DNA from: Eledone cirrhosa
Taxonomy: Eukaryota
Reading direction: 5' to 3'
Length of the DNA: 64,000 bases
Assembly (NCBI GenBank): GCA_964016885.1
Contig: OZ024742.1
Span: forward strand, 97,030,001 to 97,094,000
Under the pieces are notes generated by a model. That model had not been told where the DNA came from. It worked only from the letters and a program-made list of their open reading frames with translations, and ran no database searches. The translations under genes were made by a program, and so were the position numbers. Positions within the stretch are counted from its first letter, which is position 1, and each line of letters begins with the position of its first letter. This document shows, piece after piece, positions 13,081 to 25,770 of this stretch.

Positions 13081-16000
13081 CATCATCATCATCATCATCA
13101 ACGTTTAATGTCCGTGTTCCATGCTTGCATGGGTTTGGACGGGGGTTTTCCCACTTGAGGCAAGAGTGATTATCTTGCTCGCATAGGACTATCTGGCGGA
13201 TTTTCTACAGCTGGATGCCCTTCCTAACACCAACCACATTTACAGTGTGGGGCTGGGAGGTTTTTACCGTGTTGCCTACATGGCCACATTACAGCGTGAA
13301 CTGCGTGTTTTTTTTACGTGACACCTACACGATCTCATTTGTTTTGGCCTGGATGTTGTGGCACCAACATAACTTTACATTGAAGGGGGCGGTGTGGATT
13401 GGGTGGGGTGGTGGGACGGGGGTGTATTTTGTTAGAGATGCCTACTGACTGTAGTAGGTTTTACTTTGTATTTAGGTAAGGTGGGTCTTCTCTATTACTG
13501 AGTACCGCCAAAGGTCTCGGTCCAGTGACATTGTCTTGGTGAGGTGTAAGTGTGTGAGGTCGGAATTTATCAGCTCGTCCCAGGTTTTTCTGGGTCTGCC
13601 TATTCCGTGGCTACCGTCTATCTTTATTGCCCTGCACTTTGTTATACAGCTATCGTCCTTCATGTGCATCACGTGACCATACCAACGTAGCCTTCTCTCG
13701 AGTAAACAACATCTGATCCCTCTTATTTCTAATTTTTTCCTTAGTTCGTTTATGCTTTGCCGTTCACGTATATTACTATTACACATCCAGCGGAGCATGC
13801 AAGCTTCGTTTCTCTCTAGTCTGCATATATCCTCTGCACACAATGCCCAGGTCTCACTGCCATGCAACATTGCTGTTCATATGCAGGCATCGTACAGCCT
13901 GCCTTTCATTTTTAGGGAGAACCCTTTAGCGGCTAATAGTGGTATAAGCTCTCTGAAATTTTTCCATCCAGTTCTGACTCTAGCTACTGTACTTTCAGAG
14001 CACCCTCCTCCACTGCTGATTTTTCACCCAGGTAACGGAAGCTGTCCACTATTTCTATAGAACCCTCTGCGCAGTTTAAAGAGCTAGTATTTTTTGGGCA
14101 CTTTCTGCTACTTATTGCACCAGAGCACCGGCCACATGTAAAATCTATGTTCTTAGTTAGCTTACCTGTGATCCCACTACATCTTTTATGCACCCATACT
14201 TTGCATTTGGGACACAAAATGGAGTTTCTACCTACGCCTTTCCTACACACTGAGCATGGCCACTTCCCGGAAGGGACCGCCGCCTTATTTTCTTTCTTAC
14301 AAACTAGAACTTTAGTCTTAGCCAGGTTAATTTTAAGGCCTTTTGATTCTAGGCCGTGCTTCCATGTTTGGAATTTCTTCTCTAGCTCGGCCATTGATTC
14401 AGCTATGAGTGTTAGGTCATCTGCGTATAGGAGTTCCCATGGGCAACCGGTCTTGAACTCCTCTGTTATAGCCTGAAGGGCAATAATAAATAGTAGGGGG
14501 CTGAGAACAGAGCCCTGATGGACGCCAACTTTTACGCTAAACACTTCACTATATTCGTTGTTAATTCTAACCTTGCTGACTGTTTCTTTATACATGGCTT
14601 GTATAGCTCTCACAAGCCATTCGTCAACACCTAGTTTTCTAAGAGCCCACCAGATAATGGAACGGGGGACTCTGTCGAAGGCTTTCTCCAAGTCGACAAA
14701 AGCTAAGTATAGGGGTTTACATTTAGCTAGGTACTTCTCCTGTAGTTGTTGTACAATGAAAAGAGCGTCTGTGGTACTTTTGCCTGACACAAACCCGAAC
14801 TGCATTTCATCTAGATCAATTCTCTCTCTGATTAGTTGCGCTATTACTTTTTCCGTGACCTTCATGACCTGGTCGATTAATTTAATGCCTCTATAGTTAC
14901 TCCTATCTAGGGCATCTCCTTTACCCTTATAACAGTTAACGATGATGCTGCTACGCCAGTCCTTCGGAACAACCCCATTCTGTACGACTTGGTTAACTAT
15001 CCGGGTGACCATGGTGTGTCCCACCGTACCAGATGCCTTCAGCATCTCGGCAACTATTTCCGAAGGCCCAGCCACCTTACCCGTCTTCATATCTTTGATT
15101 GCCTTACTTATTATACTACCCTCGAGTAACACTGCTGGTCCCTCTATGGGGTCGATGTGGGGGAGACTGTCTTTCTCCCATTTATTCTCCTCATTTAGTA
15201 GCCTTTCATAGTGACACTACCAAGCTACCTTCTTATCAGCGTCGGTGATGGCAAGTACACCGTCATCATTAAGTACACACTTCTCCCCGACAATATCACG
15301 GTTTTCCTTGACACATTGCCTAGCAATCCTGAACACCTCACGTTTTTGGTCCTCGCGTTGTAGAACATGCTTGAACTTTCTTTCCTCTGCTTCCCTTCTT
15401 GCGAAGTACACTTGTCTCCTAGCTTCCCTCCTGGCCACTTGATAGTCTTCTCTGCTTCCCCCATCCCACCATACTTTCCAAGCCTGCTTTTTGGCCTTAA
15501 TTGACCCCTCCACCTTACTGTTCCACCACCATGTTACTCTCCTCCTCCCTACAGGCCTGCTCCAGCCACAGACTTCGTCTGCCGCCGTCAGCAGGTTTGC
15601 TTCATGAATTCCCACTGCTCCTCTATATTGTACGACTCTAATTGCTCTTCCTTACTGTCGAAAGCATCAAGTAGTATACTTTTGAATTTATTTCTGGCTG
15701 TGGGGTCCTTTAGCTTCCATATTTTTCTCCTGAGGATAGTCCTCTTCTGTTGTTTAGTAAGTCTCGTCCTGACTATGAGGTCGCTAATTATCAGTCTATG
15801 TTGGGAGGTGCATTCTTCATGGGGGGAGGGATTTAGTGTTTACAAGAGACACTCTGTCACGTCTTCTGGTAAGGATATAATCTACCTGGCTTGTGTGTTC
15901 CCCCGATCTATAGGTGATCAGGTGATTGTCACGTTTTTTGAAGTTAGTGTTACAGATAGTTAGGTTATTTGCGTCACAGAATTCCAGGATTCTGGAGCCT

Positions 16001-16177
16001 TCCTCATTTCTAGTACCAAACCCATAGCCTCCATGGATTTCGTCGTAGCCGTCATAATGTTGTCCAACGTGACCATTTAGGTCGCCTGCAATAATTATAT
16101 AGTCACTGTCGGTTATTGGGGAGGTAGTGAGCATCAGTGTCTCATAGAATCTGTCTTTTATAGTGCCGGGCAGTCCG
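13081..16177 (-). mobile_element. RTE-clade LINE, 5'-truncated, sister subfamily of 8804-11725
   Basis: ORFs 15817-16134, 15217-15615, 13984-15132 and 13472-13870 carry the same APE/RT/PHD-like motifs. (CAT)n at 13081-13100. Confidence 0.95.
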
Positions 16178-16182
16178 TTATA

Positions 16183-16230
<48 letters not shown>

Positions 16231-16321
16231 TATGTATATAAGTATTATATGTATATATATATAATATATATATATATACATACATATATATTATATATAC
16301 GTATGTATATATATATATAGA

Positions 16322-17365
16322 TCTTACAGGCTTATGGAATCCCCAAGAAGATAGCGGACCTGATATCACTGCTCTACACCAACACCAAAGCCCAAGTCAT
16401 TATACCTGATGGGATGACAGAGTCCTTTGAGATACTGGCTGGAGTGCTCCAGGGAGATACATTGGCTCCCTACCTTTTTATCATCGTAGTGGACTATTAT
16501 ATTCGCCTTGCACTGGAGAAACACCAGGACTCTGGCTTTACTGGAGCACCGGCTCAGAGCAGGAGAGTTAAGGCTGAAAAAGGTATCAGATGCTGAATTT
16601 GCCGACGACACAGTTTTGGTGACAAATACAGTGAAGGAGGCAGAGGATTTGATGCGGGGGGTTGAGACTGTGTCGATGAGTGTGGGGCTGAGAATGAATG
16701 AGACTGAAACAAAATATCTGGTAGAGAATGTTGAGAAGCCAGAGGGGATCACTAATGTAGGTGGAAAGCCACTAGAATTGGTTGAACGCTTCCTGTATTT
16801 GGGAGCAAAGATTAGGAATATGGAAGACGATGTGCTTGAGAGGAAGAGCAGAGCCTGGGCGGCGTTCCACAGATTGAAATCGGTGTGGAAGTCGGACCTT
16901 CTTAAAGACCTGAAAATCCGCCTCTTCATTGCTGTAGTGGAGTCTGTGCTGCTGTACCGGTCTGAGACTTGGACACTAACCAAAAATCTCACTCAGATGG
17001 TGGATGGATGCTACACGTGAATGCTGATGATGGCTCTGAACATTAATCAGTATACACTGAGGATGAAAAACTCAGAGCTGTATGGGAGCCTCCCAAAAGT
17101 CAGCTCAAAAGTGACACAGAGGAGACTGAGGTTAGCTGGACATGCTCACTGACATTCAGATTTGACATTGCACTCAGTGCTCCTGTAGGAGCCCCTACAT
17201 GTACACACTGGAAAAGGAAGACCAACGTTAACGTATGTTGATGCCCTAAGGCCAGACACTGGTCTGTTGGAGACGCAGGACATGGCAGCGATAATAAGGG
17301 ACAGAGACCGCTGGAGAGAACTCGTCTATTGATCTCGGGAATTTTACCCGCCCTAGATAGACAGA
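16322..17365 (+). mobile_element. 3' fragment of a different RTE-like LINE family
   Basis: GVLQGDTLAPYLFIIVVDY, EFADD, FLYLG, VESVLLY.SETWTLT; (GATA)-like tail. Confidence 0.85.
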
Positions 17366-17759
17366 TATAGATATATATACATATATATATGTAATAAAGT
17401 ATGTCCATAGAATCATTTGATAAAATAAATACTCCAACTCCTCTCCCAATCAGCTTAATCAACTACACAAAAAAACAATTAAACCAGGCTATAAGATTAA
17501 AAGGCACCTATGAAGAAATAATAGAAAAATAAACGACAGCCATCTATTCGTGATCAACACCTATAGAATATCTACCCAGTATTTCAATAGCACGTGGAAC
17601 TCAATTAAACATATCGTCAACCATACACAATTAGGTATAAATTCAAAGTTAGAAGAAAAAATGTATATAATCATACCAAGATTACGTTTCATATATATAT
17701 GTATATATATATATATATATAATAATGTATATATATATATATAATATATATATAAATAT

Positions 17760-18400
17760 CCGGCATCTCTTCACACCCTCTACGGAACGACCTTAGGAAC
17801 TTACCCTCGGACATACACTCACAATTGTTATTCGAACCACGCCACCTACATCAACAAAACGTATAAACACCAACACACACGTCGTACCCCCACATATATA
17901 CACACTCAGCCTCCGGAATCCTACCCACCCCTCCCCATCCACACGCACACACACACCGACCTACATCCCACCCCCCATACACACCTTTTCCTGAACATGG
18001 AACCTCGTTCTTCCCCCAACTCTCACATCACGTACACCTACACAAACACCACCTTCAGCCCTCCCCGCTCGGACACCCCACCTCCCTCTCCCCACTCAAC
18101 ACGCCACCACCCCTACACGCCCACACCCTTCCACCACTCGTTAATCTTCATGTTTATTTTTATCTTTATTTGTACCCCTTCCACCGTTTCATCCTCCCTT
18201 TCCTCTCCATCCTTTTTTTCTAAATATCTCTCCACCACTCCCCCACACACCCTCGTAACTCTCTTCCCACCTACGTTTCTCCCGAAGAAGGGCTTATGCC
18301 CGAAACGTCGTTCCCCACCACCCCCACCCTCAAGAGCGTGAAACTAATAAACCTTTGTTTGTACTGCCTCTCTGTTTTGTTCCCGTTCCATTTTTCACTA
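17760..18400 (+). mobile_element. Probable Penelope-like 3' terminal region with degenerate minimal hammerhead at 18282-18309
   Basis: CCGAAGA-agggc(ttat)gccc-GAAA-cg-TC followed by AATAAA and (TA)n. Stem I is not evident. Confidence 0.45.
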
Positions 18401-18407
18401 TATATAT

Positions 18408-18829
18408 ACTGATAAACGGAATAGAAAATGCTGACAAATTGTTCACAGTTGAAAAATGGTTTAATTAAGAATAAAAGAGTATTAATAATTGTATGGGTTA
18501 GTATTCAGTTGTGGTTTTAAGTTTTTAAGTTTTTACCGGTTGCGCATTTCTAAATGCTTTTCAAAAATAATTTTGAGATAGAGTGTCCGTGTTGTTTGCT
18601 CTGATCAGAGCAAACAACACGGACACTCTATCTCAAAATTATTTTTGAAAAGCATTTAGAAATGCGCAACCGGTAAAAACTTAAAAACTTAAAACCACAA
18701 CTGAATACTAACCCATACAATTATTAATACTCTTTTATTCTTAATTAAACCCTTTTACAACTGTGAAAATTTGTCAGCATTTTCTATTCCGTTTACCAAT
18801 ATATAATAACTTGTGTGTTACACCTCTAT

Positions 18830-18837
<8 letters not shown>
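18408..18837. mobile_element. Near-perfect ~390-bp spacerless palindrome derived from a Penelope terminus
   Basis: Centred on CTGATCAG at 18601-18608. Arm and tail are homologous to 34465-34700, the 3' end of the GIY-YIG element. Confidence 0.85.
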
Positions 18838-18908
<71 letters not shown>

Positions 18909-18991
18909 CATATTATATATATATATATACACATATACATATTATATATATATACATATATATATTATATATATTTATACATATACATATA

Positions 18992-19066
<75 letters not shown>

Positions 19067-19071
19067 CATAT

Positions 19072-19310
19072 CGTATATGGACATGTGATGCGCATGGAGG
19101 ATGACCGATGGGTGAAGAAGTGCCAAGAAATGACAGTTGAAGGAAGAAATAGTAGAGGAAGACCACGAAAAACATGGGCGGAGGTGGTGAGAGCAAACTT
19201 CAGGTCGCTGAAGCTCACTGTGGAGATGACGAAGGACTGTGACAAGTGGAGAGATGCTGTGCTGAATATGACCCATCCCACACTTGCAAGCAAGGAAAAG
19301 CGGACGTAAA

Positions 19311-19342
<32 letters not shown>
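19072..19342 (+). mobile_element. RTE 3' stub in (TA)n
   Basis: [23 protein letters not shown] followed by (GAT)n. Confidence 0.85.
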
Positions 19343-21337
19343 ATTATATATATACATATATATACATATTATATATATATATATACATATTATATATATA
19401 TATACATATTATATATATACATATTATATATTTATATTACATATCATATATATCATATAACATATCATATATATCGAAACGTTAAGACCAGAGTTACGTC
19501 CCTTTATGATCTGAGTTCAAAACCCGCCGAGGTTCACTTTGCCTTATGGGGTCAATAAAATAAAGTACTAGTAATTGCTGGCCTTGTGCCAAAAGTAGAA
19601 ATAATTATATATATGCATATGCGCGTGTTTGTTCCTTGTATTTTGTCCTTAAAAGCTGCTTAGATAGCTTTCAAGGTCACAGCCATCAGATATCATTTAT
19701 GTCTCTGGGTGTGATTAATAGAAATACTGATTCTTCTTAATTGTTCTAGGTCAGACCTATTTTAAAAATACCGTTTATTGTTCTCTCTTATTATATTTTT
19801 TATTATTTTGATTTTTATCCATTTCGTTTAATTGTTTATATTTCTTTTATAATTTTAAATTTATTCTTTTTCGTTGTTGATTTTTCTCCTGCTACTTAAT
19901 ACATTTTTTGTGAGTGGTGTGACACTTTTAGTTGAGTCTATGTGAGAAATGTGTTAACTTTTATTGATTTAGTTTTATATTAATAATAGTTATTACTATT
20001 TTAATGTAGTTTAATATACTATAATACAATATGTATATAATAATAGCGAAATATAAAATTATTATGATCGTAATTATAACAATAATACTGATAATAATAT
20101 ATTATGATATAATTTTAATAATCATCATCATCAACAATATTTTAACATTTTTTTCCATGCTTGCACGGGTTAGGCAAGTCTGCATCGTTTTTATTCTTTT
20201 GTCATATTTCTGATGCTCAGTTACAGCTTTCATAGCCTGTTGATGATGTCTTCATGATAAGTATCATTTTTGATATTATTATTACATAAGAGTATGTGCA
20301 TACGGCAGAGCTTATATGCTCGTGCATCATCAATCAGAGAATTGTTCAGTTACAATTATATGCACTTTATTAACACACCACTACTGTTACTCAACATTAA
20401 AAGCTGAGGTATAAGTTGATGCGACAAAATAAAACTTGTATATATGTGCCCTCCTGAATTATATGATATATATTGAAATATGATATCTCAATATATATAT
20501 ACATATGCCAAGAACATGACAATTTCTCTAACGTTCCTTCTATAATAAAATGCAACTGGTACACATTATAATGTCATTGGCATTATTAAAGGCATCCAGG
20601 TGTAGTATCATGCCAAAAAGGGTCAGAACAAAACAACTTACATTGTGCTTTTGGTGTAATATAAATCATCTAGCTCAGTAAACTGTTTGATGTTAAGAAA
20701 TGCATGCAGGTATATAAACCATGCCAGAACTGGAACAAATATAAGCAAGACATGGCTTCTGGTCCATCTTCAAGGGCAGTAGCTCCCTATAAATTACTGC
20801 TTTAAATTTTGAAAACATGCCCAACCCATGCCGACATGGAAACAAATAGATCATGAAGATGTACATACAAGTAAATACATATGTGTATGTAGTGGTGTGT
20901 GCTAAAAAAATATTTCCATGTCAGTATCAGTTGAGTGAATGTCACTGATGAGAGATTAAAGAATCTTTTCAACTATTACTGAAATATCTGTGAAGTGTTC
21001 AGAGAAGAAAGAACACTATTTTTTCATAACGAAAAATATTTTTTCTTTGAGAGTGTGCATCCCATATATTTATTGTGTATAAACATATAGTATGTTCTTT
21101 TATATATACCCTCATTACACTTAACAGTGCCTTATTACTACTGCCAAGAAGTTATACAGCTAAAAAATACGCGACTTTTACGTACACAAAGCTACATACA
21201 ATTTTATAGAAAAGTATGAAATCCTACCGTCAACGATTATGCATATACATAAATATTCACCAACACATATATTTATACATACATATACATACACTCATAC
21301 AGATATACACATGCACATATATGCACACACACACATA

Positions 21338-21394
<57 letters not shown>

Positions 21395-21399
<5 letters not shown>

Positions 21400-22133
21400 T
21401 AAAGTTAGTCATTCATCGGTGATCTTCCAACCATCATTGGCATTTCATCGCTTTAAAGACCATATACCTCCGGTTGGTGCGAGCAACGGCTAAAGAAAGT
21501 CGTTGGGACACGTAAATAAGGGGAACGAGCGAGACTGTAAACAAACAAAGATGGTAAAGCAACGAAAAGTGAGGAAGAAAGAGTCAAGTCTCAGATTTCC
21601 ATGAATATAAGTTCGGTGAAATCGTGAACGAGAGAGAATAAAGATCATCAAACCAAGTCGAAATTTGAGCAAGGAAGGAATTCCGCACAGGTCAAACCGG
21701 AGGAAGAAGGAGTCTAGTGCCGGAATTCGGTGAACATAAGTTCTGTGAAATCGTAGACAAGAGAGAAAAAAGGAACAACCAGCTTGGTCAAGCGTGCGCG
21801 AGAAAAGAATTACGCACAAGTCAAACGGGAGGGAGTAGGAGAGGTAGTAGCAGAGAGTGAGTGAGTGAAGGGTGAGGAAGAGGCTAACAGAGAGAGTGAC
21901 TGTTACAGAGGGTAAAGATACAGTGAAAGAGGACGCAGTAAGAACGAAATAGACGGGTCACAGCAGGGGAAAATATATGTGTGAATATGAAAACAAACGT
22001 GCTGCGTGGTTGCAAATGGGTTACATATGAATAAAGTTAGTCATTCATCAGTGATCTTCCAACCATCATTGGTATTTCATCGCTTTAAAGACCATATACC
22101 TCCGGTTGGTGCGAGCAACGGCTAAAGAAAGTC
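21395..22133. repeat. ~740-bp element with ~107-bp terminal direct repeats and internal ~129-bp tandem units
   Basis: 21395-21500 is near-identical to 22027-22133. Diverged internal units start ~21571, ~21700 and ~21829. Flanked by (TA)n. Confidence 0.75.
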
Positions 22134-23939
22134 ATATATATATATACAGAAAGTGAGATCTTCTTGAAAATTTTATTGCGTATATATACCATATTTATTG
22201 TGCAAAAAATATGGGTTGTTTATAACTTTGATTATAAAAGTCGTAACATGCATTATTTTTCGTTTGAATGCCTGACTAAATAACATCAGGATTTTTTAAA
22301 AATGTAAACAAAACCACACCGGTATGCTAAATTTTTGAACTTAATGTCATATTAAAAGCAACTATATATTATGTAATTCTGATGAGACCTAGTGGTTAGA
22401 GAATTGGACTCACAATCATGGGGTTGTGAGTTTAATTCTTGGACTGGGTGATGCATTTTGTCCCTGATCAAAACATTATTTCAAGTTGTTCCAGTTCCCT
22501 CAGCTGTACAAATGAGTTGCAAAGCCACTGGTACCAAGGGGGTATCAGCCTTTTCCTTTCCCTTGGATAACATCACTGGTGTGGAGAGGGGAGACTAATA
22601 TGCATGGGTGATTTCTGGTCTTCCAAAAATTCATCTTGCTTGGACTTGTACCTTTGAGTGAAACATTCTAAGTGTAAATAAGATGGACATTCATGACCAA
22701 TGTGGTCTTTAATCAGTTACAACAGTGGCATCACACAGATACTTAAGTTTTATTGGGTTTAATACCAATTCATTCAGTCTCCCATATTGTGTGAAAGACC
22801 AAACAATGCATAAATGTTTTAATGATACATTTTTTAGACTAAACTACACTCATCAGTGAATATAATATTTGTTTGTTTTTTTCATTCCAGGAGCTTTTCA
22901 GCATAGTTCGAAGCTTGAAAAAGCAGAAGCTTTAGTTGAAATCATCCTAAAAGCTGTGTGTTATTGATTTTAGGTGTCCAATTTAGAATTTGAAAGGCAT
23001 AGATCATATATATTTCAGGAACATTTTAGGCAGCAAATTGGCAGACACATTAAGACGGTGGATAGAATGCTTTACAGTGTTCATTCCACCTCATTGTGCA
23101 TTGTCAACTTTGCATTTTATCCTTTTGAGGTTGATAAAAAAAAGTGCCAGTCCAGTACTGAGGTCAACTCTTCCTCTATAGAAAAAATTGGCTGTGTTCA
23201 GACATGGAGAGGGTTGGGCTCTGCCAGGTTTAAATGTGCCCTAGACATGATGTATGATGGTGCCTCTATGACTCCACAAGGCGTTATGGGCTGTTTATCC
23301 TTTTTAATGGTCAGATGGGTCTAGTTAAATTGAAATATTTAGTAGATCTTTTCTTTCTACGTTTGTTGAGGAAGCTGGCAGCAACAGTTATTTAGTCAGC
23401 ATCATGTGCATAATGTCTAAGAATGTTCACTGAAGAAATAGGTAGAGTTTATATATATGAGTATTTTTTCTTCTTTTTCTTTTTCAAACTTCAACTGATA
23501 AAACAAAAGAGTTCTGATAAGAATTGTTTAAATAGAAACAAAAATAAATAAAATACATTTAATTCCTAATTGTGCACTTTTGACCTTCCAATAATTTGAA
23601 TTTATCATTATTATATGTATGTGCGTGTGTGTGTGTGCACGCGCATGTGTGTGTGTGTGTATAAATGTGTGTGTGTTGAGAAGTGGGCTAAGCAACTGAA
23701 AAGTATGACAAAGCTTTATCCGTATATATACGGTATATAAACAAATTCTGGGGTGCAAACGGATCTATTATTTGCCACACTTACTTCAGTAAACTTGGCA
23801 GCCACATAATCACCTACCAATCTGGCAAACACACAAGCTAGATTGATATTCTACTTCTCAAAAAATAGGATGAGCAGATACTTATGAATATTAATCCTTC
23901 CCCAGTGAAGAATACACTGCACAACATAAATTAGTTATT

Positions 23940-25770
23940 GGTGACATCAGGCATGAATTGGGCTAGTGCAAAGCAGCATCCAGACTGAGAGTCATCTGGT
24001 GGTGGAACAGTACTGTGGATAGTACTATTAGAGCCAAGGGACAGGCATCAAAAGTCTGGAAAATAGAGGCAGCAAACAGCAGTATAGGTTGCTAAAAGCA
24101 AGCTAAACAATAGGAGCTGAAATTAGGAGGTTTGCCAATGTCTTGTGATGGCAAGATGAGGTGCTTTGCATTGCTAAACTCTGTGTCAATGAAAGATAAT
24201 GTGGCTAAAATGTGGGTTCAAAATGGCAATGGTGCACTTTTCATCATTGGTGCCCAAAAGACATGGCCTGGACATTCTACTATGAGACACTGATAATGTG
24301 GGGAATGAGTGGTAGAAAGAGCGACTACTTACGACTGAAACAACAGAGAGCACCTATAGAATCACAGAAGCACGTAAGAGGTGAAAATGGTAAAGCCACC
24401 AGTCTATCAGGGATAGTTGCTGTGATGCTGAAAGCATCTGGGGAAGTAGCAGTCTAACAAGTCACCTGCATAATCAATCAGATTATACACAATGAAGTCA
24501 TAACTAATGACTGGCATAGTAATATAGTCATTAATCATTACAAAGGAAATGGTGATGTGCTAGAAAAGAACAGCTACAAGGTTAAACATTGATAGACTAA
24601 ATTATTGTATTAATTGACAAAACAAGTTTTAGAATAGTTACTTAGGGAAAGATAAGATGCAGCTTAGTTTTGTGTCTGGAGAGAGCAGATTACATGAGAA
24701 GCTCCTAGCTAAGTGTAGGCCACAATATCTAGCTTTTGTTGATCCGGAAAATGCCTTTGACAGAATGCTATGATCTGTTTTCTTGTGGTCCCTTAAGAAA
24801 CAATACATAGAAAAATGGCTCTGTACAGAGGAACTCTCCATAACAAGGTAGGTGTTCCTCACGACTCTGTACTTATTCCATTCCTGTTTATTATAGCTTT
24901 CTCTATGACAAATCCTTATAACTGAATCTGTGGAAGAACTGGAGAAGAATTCCTGCTTTGGAAACCCAACCTAAAATCAGAAGGGCTTAGAATAAACTTG
25001 GGAATAACAAATGTTGTAGTAAGTTAGAAAGAGACCCTGCTCCACATGCAGAAGAAAATTAGTAAAAACTCCAAGAAGCACACAATGTAAATCATGGGTT
25101 CACAAGAGATGTAGTGGCATAGTAGAAAGACTAACTTGAAATGTAGACTTTGTATGTAGCAGATACACAGGGATAGTAGGAACATCAGTGAAATAAACGT
25201 TTTCAATCCCAGAAAGGACCCATAGAAGTTGTTGATATTGTCTGCCACCTATATTATCTGCTTAACAGTGGAGGAGACTGGTCGGAGGACAGAGTATCTG
25301 GAATATGAACAGGATGGAAAATGTTCAGAGAGTCACCACCTTTGTTGATAACAAAAAGTTTATCCCTAACAAGAAAAATCAGCTGCATGAATCCTGTATG
25401 CAACGCTCCATGTTACATTGTAGTGAGATGTGGGCAGGGAATGCAGTGGTTATGTGAAGCCTGAGAGAAATTAACTAAGCATGTTCTGTTAGATGTGCAA
25501 TGTGAATATGCATGAATTACATGGATGATCTGAGAGAAAAGCTTTGTATAACAGGAAAAAAATGTATCATATAGAGTAGAAGACTACACTAGTATGGACA
25601 TATGGTGTGCATAGATGGTGATTATGAGGTGAAGAATTGACAAAAATCCCAAACAGAAGCAGCAGTAGAGGGAGGCCTGGGCAGAGGTGTTGAGAGCTGT
25701 TCTCAAGTCATAGAAGGTCAGAGGTGCTGCCCTTGTAAAAGTCCATCCAACCCATGCAAGCATGAAAAAA
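23940..25770 (+). mobile_element. Old, heavily decayed RTE LINE
   Basis: Residual motifs W.WN, GKATSLSGIVAVMLKASG, AFVD.ENAFDR and YGHMV; RTE-like 3' end at ~25745-25770. Confidence 0.75.

Noticed and set aside
18763-19104. [16 protein letters not shown] and poly-Ile ORFs throughout the window
   Set aside because: Translations of (TA)n, (GT)n and (ATT)n microsatellites.
22030-22085. Type II hammerhead in the direct repeat (minus-strand CTGATGA)
   Set aside because: Stems do not form and the other repeat copy reads CCGATGA.
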